Source: Dubosiella newyorkensis (GTDB lineage: Bacteria; Bacillota_I; Bacilli_A; Erysipelotrichales; Erysipelotrichaceae). From it: DNA of 32,000 nt. The stretch is from NCBI RefSeq assembly GCF_001945605.1, contig NZ_MPKA01000086.1:1-32000 (forward strand), in the 5' to 3' direction. The translations under genes were made by a program, and so were the position numbers. Below are positions 16,630-26,211 of the stretch, piece after piece. How positions within the stretch are numbered: the stretch's first letter is position 1; every line of letters begins with the position of its first letter. The notes beneath the pieces were generated by a model, which searched no databases, had not been told where the DNA came from, and was given only the letters and a program-made list of their open reading frames with translations.

Positions 16630-16881
16630 ATGTTAGATTCAAATTGTTTATATGTAAAAGATGAAGAAGGAAACGAAGTCAAAATGACGATCTTGTTCAC
16701 ATTCGATGCGCCCGATGGAACGCAATACGTCGTTTTCCAAAGAGCGGACGATGAAGAAGGAGAAGTTTACGCTTCCCGTTACAACGATCAAGGCGAGCTT
16801 TTGCCAATCGAATCGGATGAAGAATGGGATATGGTCCAAGAGGTGATCAATACATTTATCGAGGATGAAGAGGATGCCTAA
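16630..16881 (+). CDS. DUF1292 family protein (UPF0473, YrzB-like)
   Basis: This is a small acidic protein (DEEGNEVKMTILFTFDAPDGTQYVVFQ...DEEWDMVQEVINTF) typical of DUF1292. It sits in the conserved position between ruvX and mltG. Confidence 0.85.
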   Translation: MLDSNCLYVKDEEGNEVKMTILFTFDAPDGTQYVVFQRADDEEGEVYASRYNDQGELLPIESDEEWDMVQEVINTFIEDEEDA

Positions 16882-17965
16882 AAAAAGGCGGCGAGTGAAA
16901 GTCGGAAGGATCATTTTAGGGATCCTTATCCTGCTTCTCATTACGGCAGGAAGCCTCACCTTTTATGCCTATTCGGCTTTGCGGCCAATGGGTCAAGGCA
17001 ATATCGAAAAAGAATTCGAGATCCAAGAAGGGGAAAGCTTGTCAACTGTTTTAGAAGATCTGCAAAAGGAAGACTTGATCAAAAACTCGACGATCGCCTC
17101 TTTATACGCGAAAATGAGCGGACATGAAACGCATTACGCTGGGACCTATTTATTAAAAGATAATATGTCGGTCCAAGAGATCTTAGCTTATATCGCCGAT
17201 CCTTCTAATATCATGGCAGAAACGATCCACTTTACGATCCCGGAAGGAACATGGGCGAAAGAGATCGCGGCCAACCTAAGTCAAGTCATGCCGTATTCGC
17301 AAGAAGAAATCTTGCAATTATGGAACGATCCAGCTTATATTCAAGAGCTTTCCAAGACGTATTCATTTATTGATCCAAGCATTTTGGATAACGAGCAGCT
17401 CAAAGTGAAGCTCGAAGGGTACTTGTATCCAGAAACGTATTATTTGGATAAAGATATGAGCTTGGATGCGATCACGCGGGCGTTCTTGGATCAATTCAAT
17501 ATCGTGTATCAAGAAAATAAAGAAGCCTTTGAGCAGAGCGGCATGAGTGTCGAGCAAGTCGTAACGCTAGCGAGCATCATTCAATTTGAATCGGGCAGCG
17601 TGGAAGATATGAAGACGATTTCTGGCGTGTTCCATAATCGTCTACAACAGAATATGAAGCTAGAATCTTCGGTGACCGTTTGTTATGCGCTCTATGAAGA
17701 TTTTAAGGACGCGAGCGATTGCGAAACCCAATACGATGTCGATTCGCCTTACAATACCTATCAAGTTGAGGGACTTCCGCCTGGACCGATCTTGAATCCT
17801 GGAAAAGAGGCGATCTTGGCCGCTCTTTCTCCTGAAGAGAACGACTACTTGTTCTTCGCGGCAGATATCCATAACGTAAAATCAAATCCAGGAAAAGTCT
17901 ACTATTCGAAAACGTATGAAGAGCATGAACAGATCGTGAAAGATTTAAAGCTAGTGATTGAATAA
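16865..17965 (+). CDS. mltG: Endolytic murein transglycosylase (YceG-like)
   Basis: An N-terminal basic tail plus single TM helix is followed by YceG-domain motifs (FTIPEGTWAKEIA, LEGYLYPETYY, TLASIIQFES, SPYNTYQVEGLPPGPILNPG). The start could alternatively be ATG 16874. Confidence 0.93.
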   Translation: MKRMPKKRRRVKVGRIILGILILLLITAGSLTFYAYSALRPMGQGNIEKEFEIQEGESLSTVLEDLQKEDLIKNSTIASLYAKMSGHETHYAGTYLLKDNMSVQEILAYIADPSNIMAETIHFTIPEGTWAKEIAANLSQVMPYSQEEILQLWNDPAYIQELSKTYSFIDPSILDNEQLKVKLEGYLYPETYYLDKDMSLDAITRAFLDQFNIVYQENKEAFEQSGMSVEQVVTLASIIQFESGSVEDMKTISGVFHNRLQQNMKLESSVTVCYALYEDFKDASDCETQYDVDSPYNTYQVEGLPPGPILNPGKEAILAALSPEENDYLFFAADIHNVKSNPGKVYYSKTYEEHEQIVKDLKLVIE

Positions 17966-17986
17966 GCGATTTGGAATTGCTATAAT
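17958..17986 (+). promoter_or_regulatory. Sigma-A type promoter for greA (TTGAAT-17-TGcTATAAT)
   Basis: The -35 is TTGAAT at 17958-17963, overlapping the mltG stop. The -10 is a consensus TATAAT at 17981-17986 with an extended TG at 17978-17979. Confidence 0.7.
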
Positions 17987-18015
17987 TTCAAAAGCAATCA
18001 AGGAGCTGATATATA

Positions 18016-18489
18016 ATGGCAAATGAAAAGTTTTATGTGACCCAAGAAGGGTACGATGATTTAAAACGGGAACTTGATGAGCTCGTCCATACAGTTCGTC
18101 CTCAAGTGATCGTAGAACTACAAGAAGCGCGCGCGCAAGGCGACTTGTCCGAAAACGCCGACTATGACGCAGCCAGAGAACACCAAGCGCAAGTCGAAGC
18201 CCGTATTCATGAAGTCGAAGCGATTTTGAAGCAAGCGGAAATCATCGAAGAAGATGAAAGCGCCAAAGAAATCGTCCGCATCGGATCGGTCGTGACGCTT
18301 AAAGATCTTTCCGATGGGGAAGTGGCGACGTATACGATCGTCGGAACGACCGAAGCAGATCCTTTTGAAGGCAAGATCTCAAACGAATCGCCAGTCGTTC
18401 AAGCGATACTCGATAAAAAGGCGGGGGATGTGGTTACAATCTCAAAAGCGGCAATTCCTTACGATGTCGAGATCCTGGAAGTCAAGTAA
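18016..18489 (+). CDS. greA: Transcription elongation factor GreA
   Basis: The coiled-coil N-terminal domain carries the acidic tip (ARAQGDLSENADYDAAREHQA), and a C-terminal globular domain is present (GSVVTLKDL...YTIVG..EADP..GKISNESPV). Length is 157 aa. Confidence 0.96.
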   Translation: MANEKFYVTQEGYDDLKRELDELVHTVRPQVIVELQEARAQGDLSENADYDAAREHQAQVEARIHEVEAILKQAEIIEEDESAKEIVRIGSVVTLKDLSDGEVATYTIVGTTEADPFEGKISNESPVVQAILDKKAGDVVTISKAAIPYDVEILEVK

Positions 18490-18506
18490 ACGAAAAATAG
18501 AAACGC

Positions 18507-18537
18507 AAAAGAACAGCGATGGGCTGTTCTTTTTTAT
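18507..18537 (+). terminator. Intrinsic terminator after greA
   Basis: A 9-bp stem (AAGAACAGC at 18509-18517 with GCTGTTCTT at 18523-18531) is followed by a T-run. Confidence 0.85.
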
Positions 18538-18538
18538 G

Positions 18539-18567
18539 TTGACCAATCTTGAAAGCTCTAGTATTGT
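18539..18567 (+). promoter_or_regulatory. Sigma-A type promoter for comEA-comEC (TTGACC-17-TATTGT)
   Basis: The -35 is TTGACC at 18539-18544 and the -10 is TATTGT at 18562-18567. The comEA ATG (18574) begins only 6 nt after the -10 hexamer. Confidence 0.5.
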
Positions 18568-18573
18568 AGAAGC

Positions 18574-19059
18574 ATGAAACAAATTAAGTACATGCTTTTA
18601 TGGATGTGTCTTTTTTTGTTCTTTCTTTATTCCTTCTATGGCCGGAGCACGCCGATCGACTTGTCGAATTCTATTTCATCAACAATCCAAGTCGAGATCA
18701 AAGGAGCGATCCAACAGCCTGGCTCTTATTCATTAGAGCGCAATTCCACCCTCACTATGCTTCTTGAACTTGCTGGAGGCCCAAGCGAAACGGCCGATCT
18801 TTCCAGTTTGTCCATGAATCGGACGTTGGCCAACCACGATATGATCGTGATCCCTGAAAAAAGCGAAGAACAAAAGATCTCCATCAATTCCGCTTCAAGC
18901 GAACAGCTTCAATCTCTTCCTGGTATTGGTCCCTCGATTTCTCAAAGGATCATCGAATATCGCGAGCAGGCGACTTTTCAAAATCTAGAAGATATCATGA
19001 ATGTCAAAGGTATCGGCGAAAAGATGTTCGAAAAGATTAAAGAAAGGATCTGCTTATGA
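18574..19059 (+). CDS. comEA: Competence protein ComEA (membrane-anchored DNA receptor, SLBB plus helix-hairpin-helix)
   Basis: An N-terminal TM helix is followed by an SLBB-like segment (VEIKGAIQQPGSYSL) and tandem HhH motifs (INSASSEQLQSLPGIGPSISQRIIEYRE...VKGIGEKMFEKIK). Confidence 0.9.
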   Translation: MKQIKYMLLWMCLFLFFLYSFYGRSTPIDLSNSISSTIQVEIKGAIQQPGSYSLERNSTLTMLLELAGGPSETADLSSLSMNRTLANHDMIVIPEKSEEQKISINSASSEQLQSLPGIGPSISQRIIEYREQATFQNLEDIMNVKGIGEKMFEKIKERICL

Positions 19060-20909
19060 ATTTTTTCGTATTGGCGCTCTGCTTCTATTTAGTAACTATT
19101 CCGGACTTGTATTATGCATTTTTTCTTTTTGTCTTTCTGATCCTATTTTTATGGATCCGTTTTCATCAAAAAAAACTCCTCTTTCTATTTTTATCTCTTT
19201 TTTTGCTCAACTCGGTTTCTAAACTCCCGCCTCCTGCTCTTGATCTCTCTAAAGATTTTAGTGTTGTTACGATCAAGAAAGGCTATGCGCTAGCTAGCAA
19301 TAGGAGCGGTACGATCGTTTTATATGAACCAGAGAAGCTGCACTATCAAGATCAGATCCGGGTCCACTCGAGTCGGGCGATCGAATCGCTAGGGAATTTT
19401 ACCCTATTTTCTTTTGAGAAGCATATGGCCAGTCAACGCATTTATGAACAGGCAGACGACTATACCATCCTCGCTCAAAAAGATTCGATCAAAAACCGAT
19501 TGTATGATAATTTCAAATCAAAAAACGATCCGTTTTTTATGTCCGCCCTGTATGGGATCCACGAAAAAGAGTCTATGATCGCAAGCTTAGGGGTGCCCGT
19601 TTTAGCGTTGCTCAACATGGTTCGATCTACGATCAAAAAAAGATGGGACCCACGCAAAGCGCAATGGATCACGCTCGTTTTGGCTGTATGGTATGGATCC
19701 TTGTTCGTGCTCTCTTCTTCTTTGATCCGCTATATTTTGCATACGTTTGGCAAACTTCTCTTTGATGATTGGAAGCATCAGTTTTCCTTTTTCGTGATCG
19801 TATATTTGTTGATGATCCCGTATGGCTCCTTAGATCTTTGTCTTGTCTTTCCAATGCTTTCCATCTTGCTGTATCGAACCGGGAATCAAGTCTGGCAGCT
19901 ATGGATCAACACCCTTCTTCAAGCCTTTTATTTTCGTTCGATCGATTTCTTTCAACTTCTTTTCTTCTCGTTTCTTCGCAAGATCTATGGATTGTTGTTG
20001 ATCGGAAAGCTGCTCGTCCCATTCTCTCTTCATGTAGAATTGCCCTCTTGGCAATGGAAGGTCTATCCTAACGTTTTGATTTTCGCTTTGTTTTTGTTTT
20101 GGCTTTTCCACTGGTGTATAGGCAAGAAAAGGCATCAAATTCAACTAGCGCTTATCATTACTGTTTCCTTACTCTTTGCGCCTTATATATCTCCATTTTT
20201 TCATGTTTTTGCGATTAATATAGGACAGGGGGACTGCTTTTTGCTGGTGGAGCCTTTTAACCGTTCGGCGACGATGATCGATTGCGGACAAAATCTCTAT
20301 CGGGACAATATCGAGGAGATCGTTTTTCCTTTTCTTGAAGACCGCGGAATAAGCAAGTTGGATCTTTTGCTGCTGACTCACGATGATTTTGATCATAGCG
20401 GGGGACTGGAAAGTCTTCAGAATAAGATCGAAATCGAGCAGATCATCACCGACTCATCGCAGAAGCTCCCATATCCATTCATGCAAAATTTACTGATCGA
20501 CCGCGTGGCGGAAGATGAAAACGAGACTTCATTGATCACCTATATTCAATATGACGGTTTTCGTTATCTTTTCATGGGCGATGCGAGCGCGAATATCGAG
20601 CAACAGCTGATGGACCAATATACAAGCATTCCATGCGATGTCTTGAAAGTCGGACATCATGGATCCAATACGAGCTCATCGAAGCGCTTTATCGACTGGA
20701 TCGTCCCAAAGTTTTCCATGATCAGTGTGGGTAAGGATAACCGATACCATCATCCAAGTCCCGAAGTGATCGCGAATTTGAACGATGTTTCGTCGATCAT
20801 CCTTCAAACCCAAGATGTCGGCGCGCTTCATTTTATGACATGGAAAAATCATTTGTTCCTTGAAACAGACGCTGGATATTATGGTTATCAATACAATGGA
20901 GACACTTGA
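19056..20909 (+). CDS. comEC: DNA internalization-related competence protein ComEC/Rec2 (polytopic membrane domain plus metallo-beta-lactamase domain)
   Basis: The protein has many TM helices and a C-terminal MBL fold (INIGQGDCFLL, LLLTHDDFDHSGG, LKVGHHGSNTSS, HPSPEV). An ATGA start/stop overlap links it to comEA. At 617 aa it is at the short end for ComEC, with a compact N-terminal region. Confidence 0.9.
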   Translation: MNFFVLALCFYLVTIPDLYYAFFLFVFLILFLWIRFHQKKLLFLFLSLFLLNSVSKLPPPALDLSKDFSVVTIKKGYALASNRSGTIVLYEPEKLHYQDQIRVHSSRAIESLGNFTLFSFEKHMASQRIYEQADDYTILAQKDSIKNRLYDNFKSKNDPFFMSALYGIHEKESMIASLGVPVLALLNMVRSTIKKRWDPRKAQWITLVLAVWYGSLFVLSSSLIRYILHTFGKLLFDDWKHQFSFFVIVYLLMIPYGSLDLCLVFPMLSILLYRTGNQVWQLWINTLLQAFYFRSIDFFQLLFFSFLRKIYGLLLIGKLLVPFSLHVELPSWQWKVYPNVLIFALFLFWLFHWCIGKKRHQIQLALIITVSLLFAPYISPFFHVFAINIGQGDCFLLVEPFNRSATMIDCGQNLYRDNIEEIVFPFLEDRGISKLDLLLLTHDDFDHSGGLESLQNKIEIEQIITDSSQKLPYPFMQNLLIDRVAEDENETSLITYIQYDGFRYLFMGDASANIEQQLMDQYTSIPCDVLKVGHHGSNTSSSKRFIDWIVPKFSMISVGKDNRYHHPSPEVIANLNDVSSIILQTQDVGALHFMTWKNHLFLETDAGYYGYQYNGDT

Positions 20910-21903
20910 AGTTTTGGGCATGATTCAAGATAATAAAACTATGCATATGATCATTTATGGAAAAGACGCTTCTAGAATGGATCTGAAGCTAGAAGAAATC
21001 AAAAAGAAATATAAAGACTTGGAACGGAAGAATTTTGATCTCAAAGAAGATGAACAAGGGACGGTCCTGAATGCGCTTGATACACGTTCATTGTTTGAAG
21101 AAAAGAGATTGTTCATCATCAAAAACGCGGATTTTCTTGGCAAGAGCCAAAAGGATGTAGATTATGAAGTCAAGGCGAAAGAGTGGATCGAACGCTTAGA
21201 GACGGAGGATATCCTTGTCTTCTTGCTCGCTCAAGATCAACTTACGAAAAAGAAAGAATGGCAGCCGTTTTTTGAACAGGCGGCGTTGCTCGCCTGTAAA
21301 AGCTTGGATGCGAAAAATCAAAAAGCATACGTGTTGGAACAGACCAAAAAAGTCTCGCTCTCGATCGATCCCGATGCTTTGCAGTGGTTCATCGCCCATA
21401 TTGGCACCAACTCGAAACGGATCCTTGATGAAATCGATAAACTAAGCCTTTATCCTGGAGAGATCCATTTAGAAGAGGTTCAAAAGCTCGTTTCCAGCGA
21501 GCCGATCGAAGATGTTTTTAAAATGAGCGATGCGCTGTTTGAAAAAAACGGTTTAAAATTGATCGCTTATTATCGCAATTTTCGAGCCCAGAATATGGAA
21601 ACGCTCCAAATCATCGCATTGCTCGCTTCACAGATCCGCTTCTTATTTCAGGTCCGCGTATATATGGATGGAGGGTATCCTAAAGAGAAGATCATCGATC
21701 TTACCAAAGCGCACCCCTATCGCATCCAGCTCATGATGAAAAAAGCGTCTCGTTTTGAAGCCGATGAGCTTCTTCATGAGCTAAGCCAGCTGGCTAGATT
21801 GGACTATCAGTTAAAAACGGGAATGATCGATCGGGATGAAGGGTTTGAAAACTTCGCTTTGTCGCTCATGCCAGAATTTCAAACGAAAAGCCTCCTGATC
21901 TAG
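20881..21903 (+). CDS. holA: DNA polymerase III subunit delta
   Basis: The N-terminus is delta-like (MIIYGKDASRMDL...), the length is ~340 aa, and helical C-terminal domains are present (YRIQLMMKKA...LARLDYQLKTG). The conserved comEC-holA-rpsT synteny supports the call. The start is uncertain: TTG 20860 and ATG 20881, 20896 and 20920 are all possible, and none has a strong SD. Confidence 0.85.
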   Translation: MVINTMETLEVLGMIQDNKTMHMIIYGKDASRMDLKLEEIKKKYKDLERKNFDLKEDEQGTVLNALDTRSLFEEKRLFIIKNADFLGKSQKDVDYEVKAKEWIERLETEDILVFLLAQDQLTKKKEWQPFFEQAALLACKSLDAKNQKAYVLEQTKKVSLSIDPDALQWFIAHIGTNSKRILDEIDKLSLYPGEIHLEEVQKLVSSEPIEDVFKMSDALFEKNGLKLIAYYRNFRAQNMETLQIIALLASQIRFLFQVRVYMDGGYPKEKIIDLTKAHPYRIQLMMKKASRFEADELLHELSQLARLDYQLKTGMIDRDEGFENFALSLMPEFQTKSLLI

Positions 21904-21915
21904 GAGGCTTTTCGG
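21889..21915 (+). terminator. Hairpin/terminator at the holA stop codon
   Basis: A perfect 8-bp stem (AAGCCTCC with GGAGGCTT) spans the TAG stop and is followed by TTTC. The short T tract makes it only moderately convincing. Confidence 0.55.
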
Positions 21916-21920
21916 GTATA

Positions 21921-21946
21921 AAAAAAAGGCGGCTATTCACCGCTAT
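21921..21946 (-). terminator. Intrinsic terminator for rpsT (minus strand)
   Basis: On the minus strand, a GC-rich 4-5 bp stem (AGCGG/CCGCC region, plus-strand 21928-21944) is followed by T x7 (plus-strand A-run 21921-21927), about 25 nt downstream of the rpsT stop. Confidence 0.5.
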
Positions 21947-21970
21947 TTTGAGCTCAAATAAGAATCAGGA

Positions 21971-22237
21971 TTATTCCTCGATCGAGTTGATTAGTTTTGC
22001 CAAACGTGATTTTTGACGAATCGTGTAGTTTTTGTGGCGAAGTCCTTTGGCAGCAGCTGAATCCAATTTTGAAGTGCATTCAGAAAAAGCTTTGACTGCG
22101 GCTTCTTTATCTTTCGCTTCCACAGCAGCACGTACTTTTTTGATCGATGTTTTCAAAGCCGATTTCTTTGAAACATTGCTGTCGTGCGCCTTTTGGTTTG
22201 TTTTAACACGTTTCATCTGTGATTTGATTTGTGGCAT
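21971..22237 (-). CDS. rpsT: 30S ribosomal protein S20
   Basis: The sequence MPQIKSQMKRVKTNQKAHDSNVSKKSALKTSIKKV...LDSAAAKGLRHKNYTIRQKSRL matches the S20 family. Length is 88 aa, with an SD GGAGG upstream. Confidence 0.96.
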   Translation of the reverse strand: MPQIKSQMKRVKTNQKAHDSNVSKKSALKTSIKKVRAAVEAKDKEAAVKAFSECTSKLDSAAAKGLRHKNYTIRQKSRLAKLINSIEE

Positions 22238-22269
22238 TGGTGTACACCTCCTGACATAAATGCATTGAG

Positions 22270-22298
22270 ATTATAGCAAAATTAAAACTTGAAAGCAA
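22270..22298 (-). promoter_or_regulatory. Sigma-A type promoter for rpsT (TTGCTT-17-TGcTATAAT, minus strand)
   Basis: The minus strand reads TTGCTT (plus-strand 22293-22298), a 17-nt spacer, then TGCTATAAT (TATAAT at plus-strand 22270-22275). Confidence 0.65.
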
Positions 22299-22367
22299 CA
22301 CAAGAGTTGAGAATTCGTGTATAATCCATTGTAGAGCGTTTTTAGAACCAAACGAGAAAGGATATTT

Positions 22368-23300
22368 ATGAACCAAAAACATATCATATTCATGGGAACT
22401 CCTGCTATTGCGGCCGAAGTTCTTCAAGCTCTGATCGATTCCGATGTGAGTGTCGATCTTGTCGTGACACAGCCAGACAAACAAGTCGGTCGAAAGAAAA
22501 AGATCGTGTTCAGCGAAGTCAAAGCGCTCGCTCAAGAACATCAAATCCCAGTCTTTCAGCCTGCACATATAAAAAAAGATCATCAAGCCATATTGGATCA
22601 TCCATGCGATCTGATCGTGACTTGCGCGTATGGACAAATCGTTCCACAAACAGTTCTTGATCATCCTAAATCCGGATGCGTCAATCTGCATGCGTCTTTG
22701 CTGCCAGAATATCGAGGTGGTGCTCCTATTCAAAGAGCCATCATGGATGGAAAAAAAGAAAGCGGAATGACCTTGATGCAAATGGTCCAGAAAATGGACG
22801 CCGGGCCGATCTTCGCTCAAAAAAAAGTGGAGATCCTGCCAACCGACAACGCGAGCTCGCTCTTTGAAAAGATGGGCGATGCCGCTTCTTCTCTTTTAAA
22901 AGAAAATTTAGAGGAACTGTGTTTAGGCAAGGTGCACTTTCAAGAACAAAAGGAAAGTGAAGCAACCTATGCCCCGATCATTTTAGCGGAAGAAGAAAAG
23001 ATCGATCTTGCCCAAAGCGACGAGCAGATCGTCAATCAGATCCGCGCCCTGTCCGATGAGCCAGGCGCTTATGTGCTCGTCGATGGAAAAAAGCTCAAGA
23101 TCACACACGCCCTTTATATTCCAAAAGAAAATGTGGAAACAGGACGTTTTTCCCAAACCAATAAAAAAGAATTGAATCTAGAACTCCATCATGGATATTT
23201 GTCTTTGAAGCAAGTCCAGATGGAAGGAAAACCAAGCATGCCCATCCAAAATTTCATCAACGGACAAGGAAGAGCGCTTCTTGGAAAAACAGCCGAATAG
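22368..23300 (+). CDS. fmt: Methionyl-tRNA formyltransferase
   Basis: The N-terminus is [17 protein letters not shown]. Motifs [14 protein letters not shown] and [23 protein letters not shown] (the SLLP formyltransferase motif) are present, along with a C-terminal OB-like domain. Confidence 0.95.
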   Translation: MNQKHIIFMGTPAIAAEVLQALIDSDVSVDLVVTQPDKQVGRKKKIVFSEVKALAQEHQIPVFQPAHIKKDHQAILDHPCDLIVTCAYGQIVPQTVLDHPKSGCVNLHASLLPEYRGGAPIQRAIMDGKKESGMTLMQMVQKMDAGPIFAQKKVEILPTDNASSLFEKMGDAASSLLKENLEELCLGKVHFQEQKESEATYAPIILAEEEKIDLAQSDEQIVNQIRALSDEPGAYVLVDGKKLKITHALYIPKENVETGRFSQTNKKELNLELHHGYLSLKQVQMEGKPSMPIQNFINGQGRALLGKTAE

Positions 23301-23308
23301 GAGGTATT

Positions 23309-25111
23309 ATGGATCAATCACACATTCGTAACTTTTCGATCATCGCCCATATCGATCATGGAAAATCGACATTGGCGGATCGTATCTTAGAAATGACGGA
23401 TACTGTCGAAAAGCGAGAAATGAAAGAACAGCTTCTCGATTCGATGGATCTAGAGAGGGAAAGAGGGATCACGATCAAGCTCAATGCGGTCCAGCTCGTC
23501 TATCATGCAAAGAATGGGGAAGACTATATTTTTCATTTGATCGACACCCCAGGACATGTCGACTTCACGTATGAAGTGAGTCGCTCGCTGGCTGCTTGTG
23601 ATGGAGCGATCCTCGTGGTAGATGCAGCGCAAGGTGTCCAAGCCCAAACATTAGCCAACGTCTATCTTGCTTTGGAAAACGATCTTGAGATCTTGCCAGT
23701 TCTCAACAAGATCGATCTACCAAGCGCTCAGCCAGAGCTTGTAAAAAAAGAAATCGAAGATATGATCGGCTTAGATTGTTCGGACGCAGTCGAGATCTCC
23801 GCAAAATCGGGCCAAGGCGTCGAGGATGTGCTCGAGCAAATCGTCGCCAAGCTGCCAAGTCCTTCAGGCAAACCAAACGCGCCTCTTCAAGCGCTCGTCT
23901 TTGATTCTTTATATGATCCATATCGTGGTGTTATCGCTTTTGTCAGCATTAAAAATGGGACGATCAAGCCCAAAGACAAGATCCGCTTTATGGCTAGCGG
24001 CGCCGAGTACGAAGTCATCGAAGTTGGAGTCCGCACGCCCAAAGAAGTCCAAGAAGATGAATTATCGACAGGCGATGTTGGCTGGATCAGCGCCGCGATC
24101 AAAAATATCGAAAACGTTCGTGTCGGCGATACGATCACCCATGTTGAAAATCCTGCCGAAAAACCGCTCGAAGGATATCGGCAAATGCAGCCGATGGTGT
24201 ATTGCGGACTGTACCCAGTGGATAATGCCCGTTATGACGATTTGAAAGACGCTTTAGCTAAGCTCAAGCTCAATGACGCTTCCTTGCAGTATGAACCTGA
24301 GACATCACAAGCGCTCGGTTTTGGATTTCGATGCGGCTTTTTAGGCTTGCTTCATATGGATGTGATCGAAGAACGGCTCGAACGAGAATACAACTTGAAT
24401 TTGATCGCCACAAGTCCTTCAGTTATTTATCATGTCTATAAAACCGATGGCGAAATGGTTGCGATCGACAATCCAGCCGCTCTCCCGCCCGCTCAAAATA
24501 TTGACCGCATCGAAGAACCTTACGTCAAAGCGGAGATCCTCGTACCGAAAGAATATGTTGGAGCGATCATGGATCTTTGCCAAAAGAAAAGAGGAGAATA
24601 TGTCGATATGCAAGTGATCGACGAAGTTAGAATGCAGATCGTATACGAACTCCCTCTTTCCGAGATCATTTATGATTTCTTCGATAAACTTAAATCCTCG
24701 ACTAAAGGATACGCAAGCTTTGACTACGCGTTTACAGGATATCGGCCAAGCAAGCTTGTCAAGATGGATATCTTGCTCAATGGACAAATCATCGACGCCC
24801 TCTCAACGATCGTCTTCAAAGATTTCGCGTATCGAAGAGGCAACGCGATGACAATCAAGTTAAAGGATCTCATTCCAAAACAACAATTCGAGATCCCGGT
24901 CCAAGCAGCTATTGGCGGCAAGATCATCGCCCGCACCAACATCAAGGCGCTTAGAAAAAATGTCCTCGCCAAATGCTATGGGGGCGATATATCCCGAAAG
25001 AAGAAGCTGCTGGAAAAACAAAAAGAAGGAAAGAAGCGCATGAAAATGGTCGGCTCAGTCGAGATCCCGCAAGAAGCCTTCATGGCTGTCCTTTCGATGG
25101 ATGAAGAATAA
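23309..25111 (+). CDS. lepA: Translation elongation factor 4 (LepA)
   Basis: GTPase motifs are present ([32 protein letters not shown]), together with the LepA-specific C-terminal domain ([34 protein letters not shown]). Length is 600 aa. Confidence 0.97.
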   Translation: MDQSHIRNFSIIAHIDHGKSTLADRILEMTDTVEKREMKEQLLDSMDLERERGITIKLNAVQLVYHAKNGEDYIFHLIDTPGHVDFTYEVSRSLAACDGAILVVDAAQGVQAQTLANVYLALENDLEILPVLNKIDLPSAQPELVKKEIEDMIGLDCSDAVEISAKSGQGVEDVLEQIVAKLPSPSGKPNAPLQALVFDSLYDPYRGVIAFVSIKNGTIKPKDKIRFMASGAEYEVIEVGVRTPKEVQEDELSTGDVGWISAAIKNIENVRVGDTITHVENPAEKPLEGYRQMQPMVYCGLYPVDNARYDDLKDALAKLKLNDASLQYEPETSQALGFGFRCGFLGLLHMDVIEERLEREYNLNLIATSPSVIYHVYKTDGEMVAIDNPAALPPAQNIDRIEEPYVKAEILVPKEYVGAIMDLCQKKRGEYVDMQVIDEVRMQIVYELPLSEIIYDFFDKLKSSTKGYASFDYAFTGYRPSKLVKMDILLNGQIIDALSTIVFKDFAYRRGNAMTIKLKDLIPKQQFEIPVQAAIGGKIIARTNIKALRKNVLAKCYGGDISRKKKLLEKQKEGKKRMKMVGSVEIPQEAFMAVLSMDEE

Positions 25112-26208
25112 TGTCTCTTGCTTGCTATATCCACGTGCCTTTCTGCAAGTCGATCTGCCCATATTGTGATTTTTGCAGGATCTTATACGATCCAAAACGC
25201 GTCGATCCATGGTTGGAAACGATCCAAAAAGAAATCGAAAGCGCTCTTTCTTGGATCCGAAAGCAAGATGGCTTGCGTACCCTTTATCTTGGGGGAGGGA
25301 CCCCGAACATCTTAAGCGAAGATCAACTGCAAACACTCGTATCGCCTTTGATCCCTTATTTACATGAAGATTATGAATTTACGATCGAATGCAATCCGGA
25401 AGCGCTTAATGAAGACAAGATCAAAGCGATGAAAAAACTTGGCGTCAACCGTGTTTCTTTAGGTGTTCAGAGTTTTCAAGACGACATTCTTAGAAAACTT
25501 GGAAGAAGGCATACGAAGGAAATGATCGAACGAGCGATCGAATCGCTCAAACGAAATGGAATCGAGAATATCTCGATCGATCTCATGTATGCTTTGCCAT
25601 TTCAAGACCAACGCGACTTAAAAAAGGATATCGAAGAGTTTTTGAAACTTGATATCATGCATCTTTCGATCTATTCACTGATCTTGGAAGAAAATTCCGC
25701 GTTTGGCAAAGCCCATATGCAGCCTCTTGATGAGGATCTAGAAGCCGACGAATATGAATGGATCGTCAAAACGCTCAAAGAGCATGGTTTTGACCACTAT
25801 GAAATCAGCAGTTTTGCGAAAGAAGGCGCTTATTCCAAGCATAATCTTGCTTATTGGATGGATGAAGATTTTATCGGAATCGGCGCAGGAGCGAGCGGAA
25901 GATTTTTAGGGGCGCGCTATCACAATACAAAGGATCTCGATACGTATATTCGTCTAGGACCATGCAGGACAGAAGAAAAAACAGATGGGCCTTTCGAAGC
26001 CATCATGATGGGATTAAGAACGAGCTTTGGTGTTGATCTAAAAGCGTATGAGGAAAAATATCAGATTGATCTAGAAAAGAAAGCTCGACCGCTTATGAAA
26101 AAATATGAAGGAGAGCTGATGATCCAGGAAGGCGCCTTAAAATGTGATGAAAGAGGTCGGGAAAAATTGAATAGTATTTTAGTTGATTTTTTAGACCTTT
26201 ACGCATAA
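25111..26208 (+). CDS. hemW: Radical SAM family heme chaperone HemW (oxygen-independent coproporphyrinogen III oxidase-like)
   Basis: The radical-SAM motif is YIHVPFCKSICPYCDF (CxxxCxxC with aromatic Y). Further motifs are LYLGGGTPN, NRVSLGVQSF and an HNLAYW-type C-terminal HemN_C region. The lepA-hemW adjacency is conserved, with a TAATG overlap at the junction. Confidence 0.92.
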   Translation: MSLACYIHVPFCKSICPYCDFCRILYDPKRVDPWLETIQKEIESALSWIRKQDGLRTLYLGGGTPNILSEDQLQTLVSPLIPYLHEDYEFTIECNPEALNEDKIKAMKKLGVNRVSLGVQSFQDDILRKLGRRHTKEMIERAIESLKRNGIENISIDLMYALPFQDQRDLKKDIEEFLKLDIMHLSIYSLILEENSAFGKAHMQPLDEDLEADEYEWIVKTLKEHGFDHYEISSFAKEGAYSKHNLAYWMDEDFIGIGAGASGRFLGARYHNTKDLDTYIRLGPCRTEEKTDGPFEAIMMGLRTSFGVDLKAYEEKYQIDLEKKARPLMKKYEGELMIQEGALKCDERGREKLNSILVDFLDLYA

Positions 26209-26211
26209 AAT
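26183..26211 (+). promoter_or_regulatory. Sigma-A type promoter for rpsO (TTGATT-17-TAAAAT)
   Basis: The -35 is TTGATT at 26183-26188, inside the end of hemW. The -10 is TAAAAT at 26206-26211, overlapping the hemW stop. Confidence 0.55.

Noticed and set aside
22203-22820. A 205-aa ORF on the - strand
   Set aside because: It is antisense to the strongly supported fmt gene and overlaps the rpsT start region. It has no recognisable motifs and is best explained as a shadow ORF.
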